This document shows, piece by piece, positions 1 to 10,063 of a stretch of DNA of 64,000 nucleotides. The stretch is from an uncultured Lentisphaeria bacterium. Lineage in GTDB: Bacteria > Verrucomicrobiota > Lentisphaeria > Victivallales > Victivallaceae. Both the position numbers and the translations under genes were made by a program. The stretch spans positions 4,174 to 68,173 of the forward strand of contig CASFJW010000048.1 of assembly GCA_949295105.1 (NCBI GenBank). The letters run 5' to 3'. The notes below the pieces were generated by a model that was not told where the DNA came from, made no database searches, and saw nothing but the letters and a program-made list of their open reading frames with translations. Every line of letters begins with the position of its first letter. Position 1 is the stretch's first letter.

Positions 1-1427
1 AGACGGTGCGCCGTTTCCGGGCGCGTTTCGGGGATGACCTGAGTGTGTTGCACAGCCGTCTCTCCGAAGGTGAACGTTTCGACGAATGGAACCGGATCAA
101 CTCGGGAGCGGTGAAAATCGCCATCGGCGCACGGTCGGCACTGTTCGCGCCCTTCCGCAATCTCGGGTTGATCGTGGTCGACGAGGAGCACGAATCGACC
201 TACAAGCAGTCGGAAGCGCCACGTTATCATGCCCGTGACGTCGCAGTAATGCGGGCGAAGTTTGAAAACGCGGCGGTGATACTCGGTTCGGCGACGCCGT
301 CGGCGGAATCGCTTTTCAATGTCCGCAACGGCAAATTTCTGCTGGCGGAGATGAAGGCGCAGGCCGAAAACCAACCGGCGCCGCGCTTCACGATCGTCGA
401 TCAGCGGCTCAGCGCTCCGGAGCCGGGTTCGGGGGAGAGCGCGTTGTTTTCGCGTCCGTTGCGGGAAGCGGTGGAGGCGCGTCTGGAAGCGGGCGAACAG
501 GTGATCTTGTTTTTAAATCGTCGGGGTTATTCGCGGGTATTGAGTTGCAGTGCCTGTGGCTACGAGGCGCGTTGTCCGGAGTGTTCGGTCAGTTTCACCT
601 ACAGTCGGGCGCGGGAGACGCTCGCCTGCCACCTCTGCGGCAATGTGGTTCCCGCTCCGCCGGTGTGTCCGGAGTGCGGCAGTCCGAAACTCTCCTACCT
701 CGGGAGCGGCACCGAAAAGATCGAAAAAATGGCGCGGGGAGCATTTCCGGGGGCGCGGTTGGCGCGGATGGACTCGGATTCCATGCGCAGCGCGGCCGAT
801 TACGAGCAGGTGCTGGAGAAGTTTCGCCGCGGCGAACTGGATCTGCTGATCGGAACGCAGATGATCGCCAAGGGGTTGCACTTTCCGAAGGTGACGCTGG
901 TCGGGATTCTCAATGCCGACCACGGTCTGGCGATGCCCGATTTCCGGGCTCCGGAGCGGGTATTTCAGCTGATCACCCAGGTGGCGGGTCGGGCCGGGCG
1001 CGGCGACCGTCCCGGGGAGGTGATATTGCAGACCTGGCACCCGGAGAATGAGGTGATTGAGTTTGCCTCGCGGGGTGATTTCGCCGGTTTTGCGGCCTAC
1101 GACCTGGAGATGCGGGAATTGCTGGCTTATCCGCCGTTCACCCGGTTGATTGCGATATTTTTCCGCGGACCGGAGGAGAGTTCGGTGGCGCGTTATGCTG
1201 AGAGCTTCAAAAATGCGCTTGCGCCTTTCACGGCCGAAGGCATCCGGGTAGCGGGGCCGCTGCCGGCGCCGATCGAACGGATCAAAGGCAAATTCCGCTA
1301 TCTGATGACGCTGCGGGGGCGCAATCTGAACCGGCTGCGGCAGGCATTGCGGGAGCTGGTGCTGCACCGGACGCCGCCGGACGGGATCGAGGTGGTTGCG
1401 GACGTTGATGCGCAATCGCTGCTGTGA
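1..1427 (+). CDS. priA: Primosomal protein N' / replication-restart helicase PriA, C-terminal ~473 aa (5' end outside window)
   Basis: ORF 6..1427 is open to the window edge. It has a DEEH box (IVVDEEHESTYKQ), a Cys-rich zinc insert (CSACGYEARCPEC...CHLCG...CPECGS) and helicase motif VI (QVAGRAGRG). Confidence 0.9.
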   Translation, partial: TVRRFRARFGDDLSVLHSRLSEGERFDEWNRINSGAVKIAIGARSALFAPFRNLGLIVVDEEHESTYKQSEAPRYHARDVAVMRAKFENAAVILGSATPSAESLFNVRNGKFLLAEMKAQAENQPAPRFTIVDQRLSAPEPGSGESALFSRPLREAVEARLEAGEQVILFLNRRGYSRVLSCSACGYEARCPECSVSFTYSRARETLACHLCGNVVPAPPVCPECGSPKLSYLGSGTEKIEKMARGAFPGARLARMDSDSMRSAADYEQVLEKFRRGELDLLIGTQMIAKGLHFPKVTLVGILNADHGLAMPDFRAPERVFQLITQVAGRAGRGDRPGEVILQTWHPENEVIEFASRGDFAGFAAYDLEMRELLAYPPFTRLIAIFFRGPEESSVARYAESFKNALAPFTAEGIRVAGPLPAPIERIKGKFRYLMTLRGRNLNRLRQALRELVLHRTPPDGIEVVADVDAQSLL

Positions 1428-1741
1428 TGTTCCGAAACCGGGAAACGCGGGCAGTGCTGCGTTGCGTTTGTTTCCTTCTATTCATCGTTTTCCAATTGAA
1501 CGATCATTCGACATATCAGCTGCCGAGTTGGGATAAGCATATTCGGCCGCAGTGAACAATCCGCAATACCCAACCTTTCCGCAATCGGCGGGAGTGCTCG
1601 TTCCGGACACCTGCGCGGGAAACCGACGGGAACAGCGCAACGAGTATTGGCCGGGTACGGTTCAGAAACGACCTGTAAAGATATGAGAAGGGAGGGCAAT
1701 CGCCAAAATGTAAAATATTTTAAGATTTTTTCAAAAAATAG

Positions 1742-1769
1742 TTGACAAAGTACGTTTCTTAACTATAAT
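1742..1769 (+). promoter_or_regulatory. Sigma70-like promoter TTGACA-N16-TATAAT upstream of the GntR-family gene
   Basis: TTGACA at 1742-1747 and TATAAT at 1764-1769, inside an AT-rich island and preceded by an A-tract. It lies about 40 nt upstream of the ATG at 1807. Confidence 0.5.
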
Positions 1770-1806
1770 ATTAATTGCAAACCTACTTGCGAACGGAGAA
1801 CGTCAC

Positions 1807-2652
1807 ATGGCTGAACATGTTGTTGAACCGGTGCCGAAAGCGGAGGAACTCCCGGCCGGGGCTACCGCCTTCATACAATTGATGCAGGAGCTGTTGAACG
1901 GCGGGTTGATCTGTGGAGAAGCGGTCCGGGAGACGAAGATAGCGGCAAAACTCGGACTCTCGCGGGCGGCGATTCGGGAGGGGCTGAACCAGCTGGTCAA
2001 TCTTGAGCTCATGGAATACATGCCCTACCGGGGTTACCGGCTGCGCAACTTCACGCTTTGCGACATGCTGGATTGGTGTGAATTGCGGGAAGCGATTGAG
2101 CCGATGGCGGCGCGGCGGCTGGCCCAATATCGGCCGCTGGAGGTACTGCACAAACTGGAAGAGATCCTGGTGGAGGAGGAAAAGAGCCTCCAGGAAGGTG
2201 ACAAAGCGCAGACGGTACTGTGTGACCACAATTTTCATTTGACAATGGTCGGGGAGTGCGGCAACCGGCGGCTGGGGGTATTTTATTTTCAGAGTTCGGT
2301 GATGATACTTGCGTTGATGAGCAGCGGCAAGGTTGATGGAGAGATTGCGGAGTATCAGAAACTCGGGAAGGCGTTCGACAATCGTATGCTCTTGAACGAT
2401 ATGCATGTACGGGATGCGCAGTTGCATCACCAGAAGATATTTGATTACATCTGTGACGGAGATGAAGCGAAAGCGGAGAGTACAATGCGGGAGCACATTT
2501 CCTATCAGATTGGAAAGATAAAGAACTTCATGGTGGGCAGACAGCAACAGCGGGAACGGGAGGAGGAGTCAAACCGTTCGAGCGTATCTCCTTCAACGAT
2601 GATCAAAAACAGTACGCTGACGCTGATGAGGCAATGGTCGGCAACGAAATAA
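1807..2652 (+). CDS. GntR-family transcriptional regulator (FadR/FCD-like C-terminal domain)
   Basis: 281-aa ORF with a winged-HTH signature (ETKIAAKLGLSRAAIREGLNQLVNLELMEYMPYRGYRLRNF) followed by an all-helical effector-domain-like region. Confidence 0.8.
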   Translation: MAEHVVEPVPKAEELPAGATAFIQLMQELLNGGLICGEAVRETKIAAKLGLSRAAIREGLNQLVNLELMEYMPYRGYRLRNFTLCDMLDWCELREAIEPMAARRLAQYRPLEVLHKLEEILVEEEKSLQEGDKAQTVLCDHNFHLTMVGECGNRRLGVFYFQSSVMILALMSSGKVDGEIAEYQKLGKAFDNRMLLNDMHVRDAQLHHQKIFDYICDGDEAKAESTMREHISYQIGKIKNFMVGRQQQREREEESNRSSVSPSTMIKNSTLTLMRQWSATK

Positions 2653-2914
2653 GATTCCGGTACGGGGAGTGAAACCGGGGTGGCGAGGGGGGGGACTCGG
2701 GGAAGATATTGATTATCAGTGATTTTGAGGTCCCTGAGATTGGCGGGGTGGGTAGTCAGCTGGCGTTCCACCCGGGTTTCGGGTAGGAAATCAGCACTGG
2801 TATGAAGACAATGGTTGTAACGAAAGGTTTCAACATGGAGTGGCGGCAGGTTCAGAGAGCCATACCTGCGACCTCCCATCAGATTTCAACCTGCTAACAG
2901 CCGGAGGTATAACT

Positions 2915-4108
<1,194 letters not shown>

Positions 4109-4124
4109 TCGTGGAGCTTGAAAG

Positions 4125-5987
4125 ATGAAACGAATAAAAACAATTGCGGCGGCACTGCTGGTACTGGGGACGGTGTTGGCGGCGGGAGGAGCGGAAAAGC
4201 GTTTTTTCACGACGGTGGACATACTGGACAACTACTGGAAGTGTTTCCACACGTTTTCGGACAAGGATGCTCCGGCGGAGCGTCCGGCGGGGGCGGGCAG
4301 TTACCGGCTTGCCGATCTGGAGGCGATGGTTGAAGCGATCAGGGATCTGGGGATTTCGCGTCTGTACTGGATCACCAATTTCTCCGACATCTACAACCAT
4401 GCGAACGCGGTACTTGACGACGGCGAACCGCTTGGTGGAGTGGAACTGCTCCGGCAGGTGGCGGCGATGTGTCACCGTCGTGGGGTGGAGTTCTTCATCA
4501 TACTCAAGCCGTTTGAGACCAAGGAATCGGGAACGTTTCCGGTCACGGTGTCGGCGCCGGAAGAGTTCAAATGTGTGCCGCGGCTGGGGGGAGCGGCTTC
4601 GGTGATTGATCTGCTGGCGGAACATCCGGAGATGCGGTTGCGGAGGCGTCTCTCCCGGCGTCCCGCGGATGACCGGGTGGCGGAGGTGACGCTGGTATCG
4701 ACGAGCAGCGGACCGATCGAACTCGAGCGGGCGGATCTGCAGCTTTTTGCGGGACCGGACAACGGGGTGTACCGGGAACTCACCGACTTCAGTGTGGAAG
4801 CGATTGAGGTTGAACGGGATGGTTTTCAGCGTCCGGCGCTGAGGCTGCGGATTGCCGAACCGAAAGCCGGAGATCGTTTTTTCATCGTGAAGTGCAACAA
4901 ACGCAACGAGAAGCCGCAGGTGGTCAATTCGCTGGCCTCGCTGGTCGAACTGCGCAATCCGGCGGGAGAGCTGCTGCCGCGGAGCATTGGTACTGGGCAG
5001 ATCAGTCGGGCGGGACTGATTGAGACGCTGCAATGGGCGCGGCTCAACAGCCATGTCGGAGACACGAAGGTACCGGAAGAGTGGCTGCCGCCGGCCGAAT
5101 ACGGCACATCGCTTGAGACTACGGCATTCGATTACAACAACGCGTCGTCGCTCTTTCCGATAGCGCTGGACGGCAAGGACGGCTATGTCGCCTTTTCGTC
5201 GCTGGAGGATGAATATCTCTCCAGCCCGCATCCGGCGTATCCGGAGGTGATGAAGCTGTGGTTGGACACGATAGCGAAGCTGAGTGAAACCGGAGCCGAC
5301 GGGGTGGACATCCGGATCAGCGATCATGCGAGCTGGACGATTGACGGCGACGAGTACGGGTTCAACGAACCGGTGGTAACGGAGTTCAAAAAGCGCTACG
5401 GGGTGGATGTGCTCACGGCGCCGGAGTTCGACCGGGCGCGGTGGCGGGCACTGAACGGAGAGTACTTCACGACATTCATGCGCCGGAGTGCGAAAATTCT
5501 GCATGACCGGGGGATGAAGCTGCATGTTCACATTTCGATGCAGATGCTTGACCGGGATTTCTGGACGCTGAACGATGCGCCGGTCAATTTCAAATGGGAG
5601 TGGCGCAAGTGGATCGAGGAGGGTTTGATCGACGGTATTTCGCTGAAATATCTGCCGTTTCCGTTTGGAGCCAAGGCGGGCAGCGGCTGGAAATACATCA
5701 ATATGCTCACTGAACTGGCGCACCGGCATGGTCTGGAAACCAGTGCCGAGGCGCGGCTGATGTGGTGGGTGGAACCGGCCAACCATACTTCACCGCCTTT
5801 CACGGATGCGGAATACAATCAGATGCTCGAGAAGTTCACACCGATGATGGAGTCCGAACTGGACGGATTGAATTTCTACGAAGTCAGCGACTATTTCGTG
5901 ATCGACGCATACGGCAAGGCCCGGAAATCGGCGAAGTTCGCCAATCTGCTCAACACTTTGAGAAACAGGGAAAAAGATAAAAAATGA
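4125..5987 (+). CDS. Secreted hypothetical protein, TIM-barrel glycoside-hydrolase-like (family not assigned)
   Basis: 620-aa ORF with GGAG 8 nt upstream and signal peptide MKRIKTIAAALLVLGTVLAAGGA. It shows an alternating beta/alpha pattern with GH-like strands (RRGVEFFIILKPFETK, GADGVDIRISDHASW, GMKLHVHISMQ, IDGISLKYLP). The antisense ORF 4092..5786 is R-rich and was rejected. Confidence 0.6.
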   Translation: MKRIKTIAAALLVLGTVLAAGGAEKRFFTTVDILDNYWKCFHTFSDKDAPAERPAGAGSYRLADLEAMVEAIRDLGISRLYWITNFSDIYNHANAVLDDGEPLGGVELLRQVAAMCHRRGVEFFIILKPFETKESGTFPVTVSAPEEFKCVPRLGGAASVIDLLAEHPEMRLRRRLSRRPADDRVAEVTLVSTSSGPIELERADLQLFAGPDNGVYRELTDFSVEAIEVERDGFQRPALRLRIAEPKAGDRFFIVKCNKRNEKPQVVNSLASLVELRNPAGELLPRSIGTGQISRAGLIETLQWARLNSHVGDTKVPEEWLPPAEYGTSLETTAFDYNNASSLFPIALDGKDGYVAFSSLEDEYLSSPHPAYPEVMKLWLDTIAKLSETGADGVDIRISDHASWTIDGDEYGFNEPVVTEFKKRYGVDVLTAPEFDRARWRALNGEYFTTFMRRSAKILHDRGMKLHVHISMQMLDRDFWTLNDAPVNFKWEWRKWIEEGLIDGISLKYLPFPFGAKAGSGWKYINMLTELAHRHGLETSAEARLMWWVEPANHTSPPFTDAEYNQMLEKFTPMMESELDGLNFYEVSDYFVIDAYGKARKSAKFANLLNTLRNREKDKK

Positions 5988-6538
5988 ATATCAGGGGATT
6001 ATTACTGGCGGGATTGTGTGCCGGCTGGTGCGCCGTGGTCGGCGGCTCGGATATCGTCACGTTGATGGCGCCGGATTTCGGGAAAGTGAAACCGACGGAA
6101 GTTTTCGCACTCTATTGCCATCCTGGCTACAAGGCGACACTGAGCAGCGGGCAGACGGAAGATCGGGCGGAGATCCGGCTGCTGGTTGATGAGGCTCCGG
6201 AAAAGCCGAAGAACAATCAGCAGCTGCAGCTGCGTACCCTGCTGAAAAAGCCGTTGAAAGCAGGGACGGAGTACCGGATTGCGTTCCGTTGCCGCTCCGA
6301 CCGTCCGGCGTGGATCAGCTTCCGGGTGCAGGAGTCGGTACGCCCCTGGGAGTCGCCGACCGAAAAGGCGGGAGGCAGCATGCAGGTGACACCGGAATGG
6401 AAGAGTGTGGAATATTGCTTCACGGTGGCAAAGGAGAGCGGGAACGTGGTGGTGTGGACGCCGAATTTCGAACTCGGGCGACTGGGTGCCGGAAATTGTT
6501 TCCACCTCGCCGACCTGAAGATTGAATCCCTCGACTGA
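5984..6538 (+). CDS. Secreted hypothetical protein, carbohydrate-binding-module-like jelly roll
   Basis: 184-aa ORF whose ATGA start overlaps the stop of the upstream gene. It has a signal peptide (LLLAGLCAGWCAVVGG) and a beta-rich pattern (...GTEYRIAFRCRS...WKSVEYCFTV...FHLADLKIESL) reminiscent of CBM4/9-type modules. Confidence 0.55.
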   Translation: MNIRGLLLAGLCAGWCAVVGGSDIVTLMAPDFGKVKPTEVFALYCHPGYKATLSSGQTEDRAEIRLLVDEAPEKPKNNQQLQLRTLLKKPLKAGTEYRIAFRCRSDRPAWISFRVQESVRPWESPTEKAGGSMQVTPEWKSVEYCFTVAKESGNVVVWTPNFELGRLGAGNCFHLADLKIESLD

Positions 6539-6588
6539 GGCGGTGGTTGCGGGCTGTTTCCGCCGAAGTCAAGCCGGGAGGGCGGCAA

Positions 6589-7269
6589 TCACCATAGTTC
6601 ACCGGATCGTTCAATGCGCCGGAGCATTCGGCGGCGCGCCTCGAAATCGGGCATCATCAGCCGGAGTCTCGCCCAGAAGGCGGGGGAGTGGTTGAAAACA
6701 AACCGGTGACAGGTTTCGTGACAGATCACATAATCGATCAGCGTTTCGGGAAGCTGTACGAGGCGCCAGTTCAGGTTGAAACCGCCGTTCCGGTTGCACG
6801 ATCCCCAGCGGGTCCGGGCCGCATTGATGCGGATGGCGGCGGGAACCAGCCCGGACGCGGCGGCAATTTCGCGGCAGCGTCCCGGCAGGCAGGCGGCAGC
6901 GAGCCGCCGGTAGAGCGTCTCCAGAGCCTCCGCCGGATCAGCGGCGCGGGGGATGATGAAAGCGTCGTCAAAGGTGAGCAGCCGGGAACTGAACCGCAGC
7001 GGGTAATTCCTTCCGAGATAGAGAAAGTTCTCTCCTTCGATAAAATTCTTCTTCGCCGGAACGGCGGCGGTGCGTCGGCGCAGTTCGTCGATCAGCCTGC
7101 GATTGTCGTCCAGCAGACGCCGGATGAGTGAGTCGGGTACGGCGACGGGAACCCGGAGTTCAATTTCGCCGCCGGCGACGGCGACAAATGCCGCCCGCTT
7201 CCGCCGCGGCTGACGCACCACGCGAACTCCGGGGGATCCGTTTTCCTCAAACGGCAACATCATCAACAA
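6589..7269 (-). CDS. YgjP/DUF45-family (M48/WLM-like) metal-dependent hydrolase
   Basis: 226-aa ORF with a C-terminal HExxH in the typical context (DYVICHETCHRFVFNHSPAFWARL). Confidence 0.8.
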   Translation of the reverse strand: MLMMLPFEENGSPGVRVVRQPRRKRAAFVAVAGGEIELRVPVAVPDSLIRRLLDDNRRLIDELRRRTAAVPAKKNFIEGENFLYLGRNYPLRFSSRLLTFDDAFIIPRAADPAEALETLYRRLAAACLPGRCREIAAASGLVPAAIRINAARTRWGSCNRNGGFNLNWRLVQLPETLIDYVICHETCHRFVFNHSPAFWARLRLMMPDFEARRRMLRRIERSGELW

Positions 7270-7509
7270 CCTCCTGTTCCGGTTCCGACCGGAAATTCCC
7301 CCGCACCGGTTGAACCATATCGATACAATAATATACGGCGACAGCGAAAAATATCAATCCATCCGCCATTATTGCCGGTAAATCGGGGAGGAACGGCTTG
7401 CGTTTCATCGCATTCGGGGATATATTTCTACAAGCGGCGCCGAAACGACCGGGGCGCGTCCGGCAACCGCCGGGCCGGGAATGATGATGTTAAAACGGAG
7501 GATTGATAA

Positions 7510-8208
7510 GTGTGGAGTTTTCCGATAACGCGTCGTTCGGCGGTGATCATCATTGTCAGTGTGGTGATGAATTACCTGCTCTTTCTGTTCACCAGCGCTC
7601 TCAACCTGCCGATTCGCCTTGATGACACCGGAACGGTTTATTCGGCGCTGCTGCTCGGGCCGGCGGCAGGAGTGGTGGTGGGAGTGGTACAGGCGTTGAT
7701 TCTGGCGGGATTTTATTACGGCTGGGCCGGCGGCTTGAATCTGATTGTCAGCGTAGTGCTCGCGCTGATTGCCGGGATCGCCGGTCGTCGCGGGGACCCC
7801 CGGGGATTTCTTTCCGCGCTCGGCTTGATGACATTGGGTTACTTTGCATTGCTTTTCATCGCTTCGCTGCCGCTGCTCATCCCGGAGTGTTGTGGAGGGG
7901 TGTCACTCTGCGTGCCGTTCGCGGAAATCGTTTCCAGACACTGGTTTAATGTCTCTTTTCCCGGATATTTCACCATGCCGATGATTTCGGCGATGGCGAT
8001 GACGCTGCTGGCCGCATTTGCGGTCATAATCACCTCTGGCGTCCCACCGCAACCGGTGCCGGAGAGGCAGTCCGCCGTCAAAGCAGGGAAAGGAAAAAAG
8101 AAAAAAAAGAAAAAGAAGAAAGACCGCAAGCAGAAAGCAGCCAAGAGTGACGGGGAAACGGTATCGGTTCCGTTATCTCCAGAAACCCAAAAAACGGAGG
8201 TGCACTAA
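7510..8208 (+). CDS. Multi-pass membrane protein, ECF-transporter S-component-like, with C-terminal poly-lysine tail
   Basis: GTG start with GGAGGA upstream and 5-6 hydrophobic helices. The LPIRLDDTGTVYSALLLGPAAGVVVG pattern is typical of ECF S components. The tail reads KAGKGKKKKKKKKKDRKQKAAK. Confidence 0.6.
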   Translation: MWSFPITRRSAVIIIVSVVMNYLLFLFTSALNLPIRLDDTGTVYSALLLGPAAGVVVGVVQALILAGFYYGWAGGLNLIVSVVLALIAGIAGRRGDPRGFLSALGLMTLGYFALLFIASLPLLIPECCGGVSLCVPFAEIVSRHWFNVSFPGYFTMPMISAMAMTLLAAFAVIITSGVPPQPVPERQSAVKAGKGKKKKKKKKKDRKQKAAKSDGETVSVPLSPETQKTEVH

Positions 8209-8879
8209 TGAACCAAATAAGAAAAATGCTGACGCTGGGAATCATTTTGAGCGGCGGGTTACTTTTCGGAGCCGAGGAGAGTGAAGCCTTTAAAGCGGCA
8301 TCGACAGCGGAGATCTCGCCGCTGCTGTATGATTTCTCGGTGCAGGACGGCAAGATCACTCAGAAAACGAATGGATACGCCGCCGAATATATCTCCATTA
8401 CGCCGGACAACAAAATTCTGCTTATCCACGATCACAACAATAACAAAGCTGAATATCAATGCCTGCAGTGGAGAACGCCGTCGGTGTTCGACGCGAAAAG
8501 CGGGATGTTCGCCTTTGAATGGGAAGTCCGGGTAGTTTCCACGCAGGCGGACAAGCCGGAGAGCTTCATGGTGGTAATCCGGAGCGGAGAAGACAAGAAG
8601 CTGGCGCGCACCGCGGTGTTCCGGGTGGCGGCGGATTTCGTATCGACGCCCTGGGGGAAATTTCCGGTTGACGCCAGCAAGCCGATTGTCTGCCGGGTGC
8701 TGCAGGATATGTCGACAGGCGATACTGCACTTTATGTAGACGGCAAGTTCATCGCCTCGGGGCTGCTCAAAACCGAGGCCGATGAGAAACAGCGTACCTG
8801 TTTGGTTTTCGGCGATGGTTCAGGAGCGGTCGGCGGCCGGGTTGAACTCGGTTATTTCAAGGTCGGCGAGATCGAATAA
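8208..8879 (+). CDS. Secreted stand-alone lectin-like (LamG/ConA-type) jelly-roll protein, paralogous to the C-terminal module of the four ~940-955-aa proteins
   Basis: TAATG overlap with the upstream gene and a signal peptide. It has the shared signature ...TALYVDGKFIASG...CLVFGDGSGAVGGRVELGYFKVGEIE. Confidence 0.7.
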   Translation: MNQIRKMLTLGIILSGGLLFGAEESEAFKAASTAEISPLLYDFSVQDGKITQKTNGYAAEYISITPDNKILLIHDHNNNKAEYQCLQWRTPSVFDAKSGMFAFEWEVRVVSTQADKPESFMVVIRSGEDKKLARTAVFRVAADFVSTPWGKFPVDASKPIVCRVLQDMSTGDTALYVDGKFIASGLLKTEADEKQRTCLVFGDGSGAVGGRVELGYFKVGEIE

Positions 8880-8905
8880 TTTCTGAAGGGGAGCAGCCGC
8901 AGTAA

Positions 8906-10063
8906 ATGCCGGGCAGGGATTTCATCGACCGGGTGGCGACCCGTTTTGAAGACCTGGACGCGTCGGCGCGTCAGGCGTATTTATTGCGCCTGGCGCGGGA
9001 ACGCGGTTTTTTCCGGACGGTTTTCGATGCGGTCGACGAAGGGATCATGGTGATCGACCGGCGGCTGCGGCTCCGCTACGTGAACCGGGCGGCGCGGGAA
9101 CTGCTCGCGCTTCCCGAGGAGAGCACCGAGGTACGGATCTCCCAGCTGCTGCCGGGAGTGGACTGGCGGCGGGTGCTCGCGGAAAACGAGGCCGGCTGGG
9201 ACCGGGTGGCGCGTCAGGAACTGGAGATATTCTATCCGGAACACCGTTTTGTGCAGTTTTCGCTGACTCCGCTGCCGGAGGATCCGACGCTGGCGGCGGC
9301 GCTGCTGCGGGACGTCACCGAAGGGCGGCGGCGGACGATGAGCGAACTGGAACGGGAAACGGTTCGTGCGGTTTCGCTGCTCGCGGCCGGAGTGGCGCAC
9401 GAGATCGGCAATCCGCTCAACAGCCTCTATCTCAATCTGCAACTGCTGGAACGCGGGGGAATCACTCCGGCGGAGAGTGCGGAAATGATCGGGGTCTGCA
9501 AGCAGGAGGTTGAACGCCTTGACAGCATCATCCACGGCTTTCTGAATGCGATCCGTCCCGGGAAGCCGGAGTTCGCCCCGGTTGATATCCGGGAGCTGAT
9601 AGTTGAAGTGCTGCGTTTCATGCGTCCGGAAGTGGAGGCGCGGAGCGTCGAGGTGAATTGCGCCTGGATGGGAGAGATTCCGAAAATATCCGGAGACGCG
9701 GCCCAGCTCAAGCAGGCGTTCTACAACATCATCCGCAACGCGGCGCAGGCGATGACCAACGGCGGGCAGCTGACGGTATGCGGTTACACGGATGAGGATT
9801 TTCTTACCGTTGAATTTGCCGACACCGGGCGCGGGGTGTCGGCGACGGAAATCAATACGATGTTCGACGCCTTCCGCAGCCACCGGTCCGGCGGCAACGG
9901 CATCGGCACCATGATTATCGAACGGGTCTGCCGCGAACACGGTGCTGAGTTCGGTCTGGTGTCGAGGGAGGGGCGAGGGACGGTGTTTCAGATCCGATTT
10001 CCGCTCCATCCGCGACGGATGCGTCTGATCGGCGAGGAGTCTTCGCAGGAGACGAAACCATGA
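8906..10063 (+). CDS. Cytoplasmic PAS-domain sensor histidine kinase (HisKA + HATPase_c)
   Basis: PAS-like FDAVDEGIMVIDRRLRLRYVNRAAREL, H-box AAGVAHEIGNPLNSLYLNL, N-box YNIIRNAAQAM and G-boxes DTGRGV / GGNGIGTMI. There is no TM segment. Confidence 0.85.
   Translation: MPGRDFIDRVATRFEDLDASARQAYLLRLARERGFFRTVFDAVDEGIMVIDRRLRLRYVNRAARELLALPEESTEVRISQLLPGVDWRRVLAENEAGWDRVARQELEIFYPEHRFVQFSLTPLPEDPTLAAALLRDVTEGRRRTMSELERETVRAVSLLAAGVAHEIGNPLNSLYLNLQLLERGGITPAESAEMIGVCKQEVERLDSIIHGFLNAIRPGKPEFAPVDIRELIVEVLRFMRPEVEARSVEVNCAWMGEIPKISGDAAQLKQAFYNIIRNAAQAMTNGGQLTVCGYTDEDFLTVEFADTGRGVSATEINTMFDAFRSHRSGGNGIGTMIIERVCREHGAEFGLVSREGRGTVFQIRFPLHPRRMRLIGEESSQETKP

Noticed and set aside
7270-7509. Possible riboswitch upstream of the ECF-S-like membrane protein gene
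   Set aside because: I looked for TPP (CUGAGA...ACCUGA), FMN, preQ1 and cobalamin core motifs and recognised none. The region is also a divergent promoter region. An Rfam scan would be needed to change this view.
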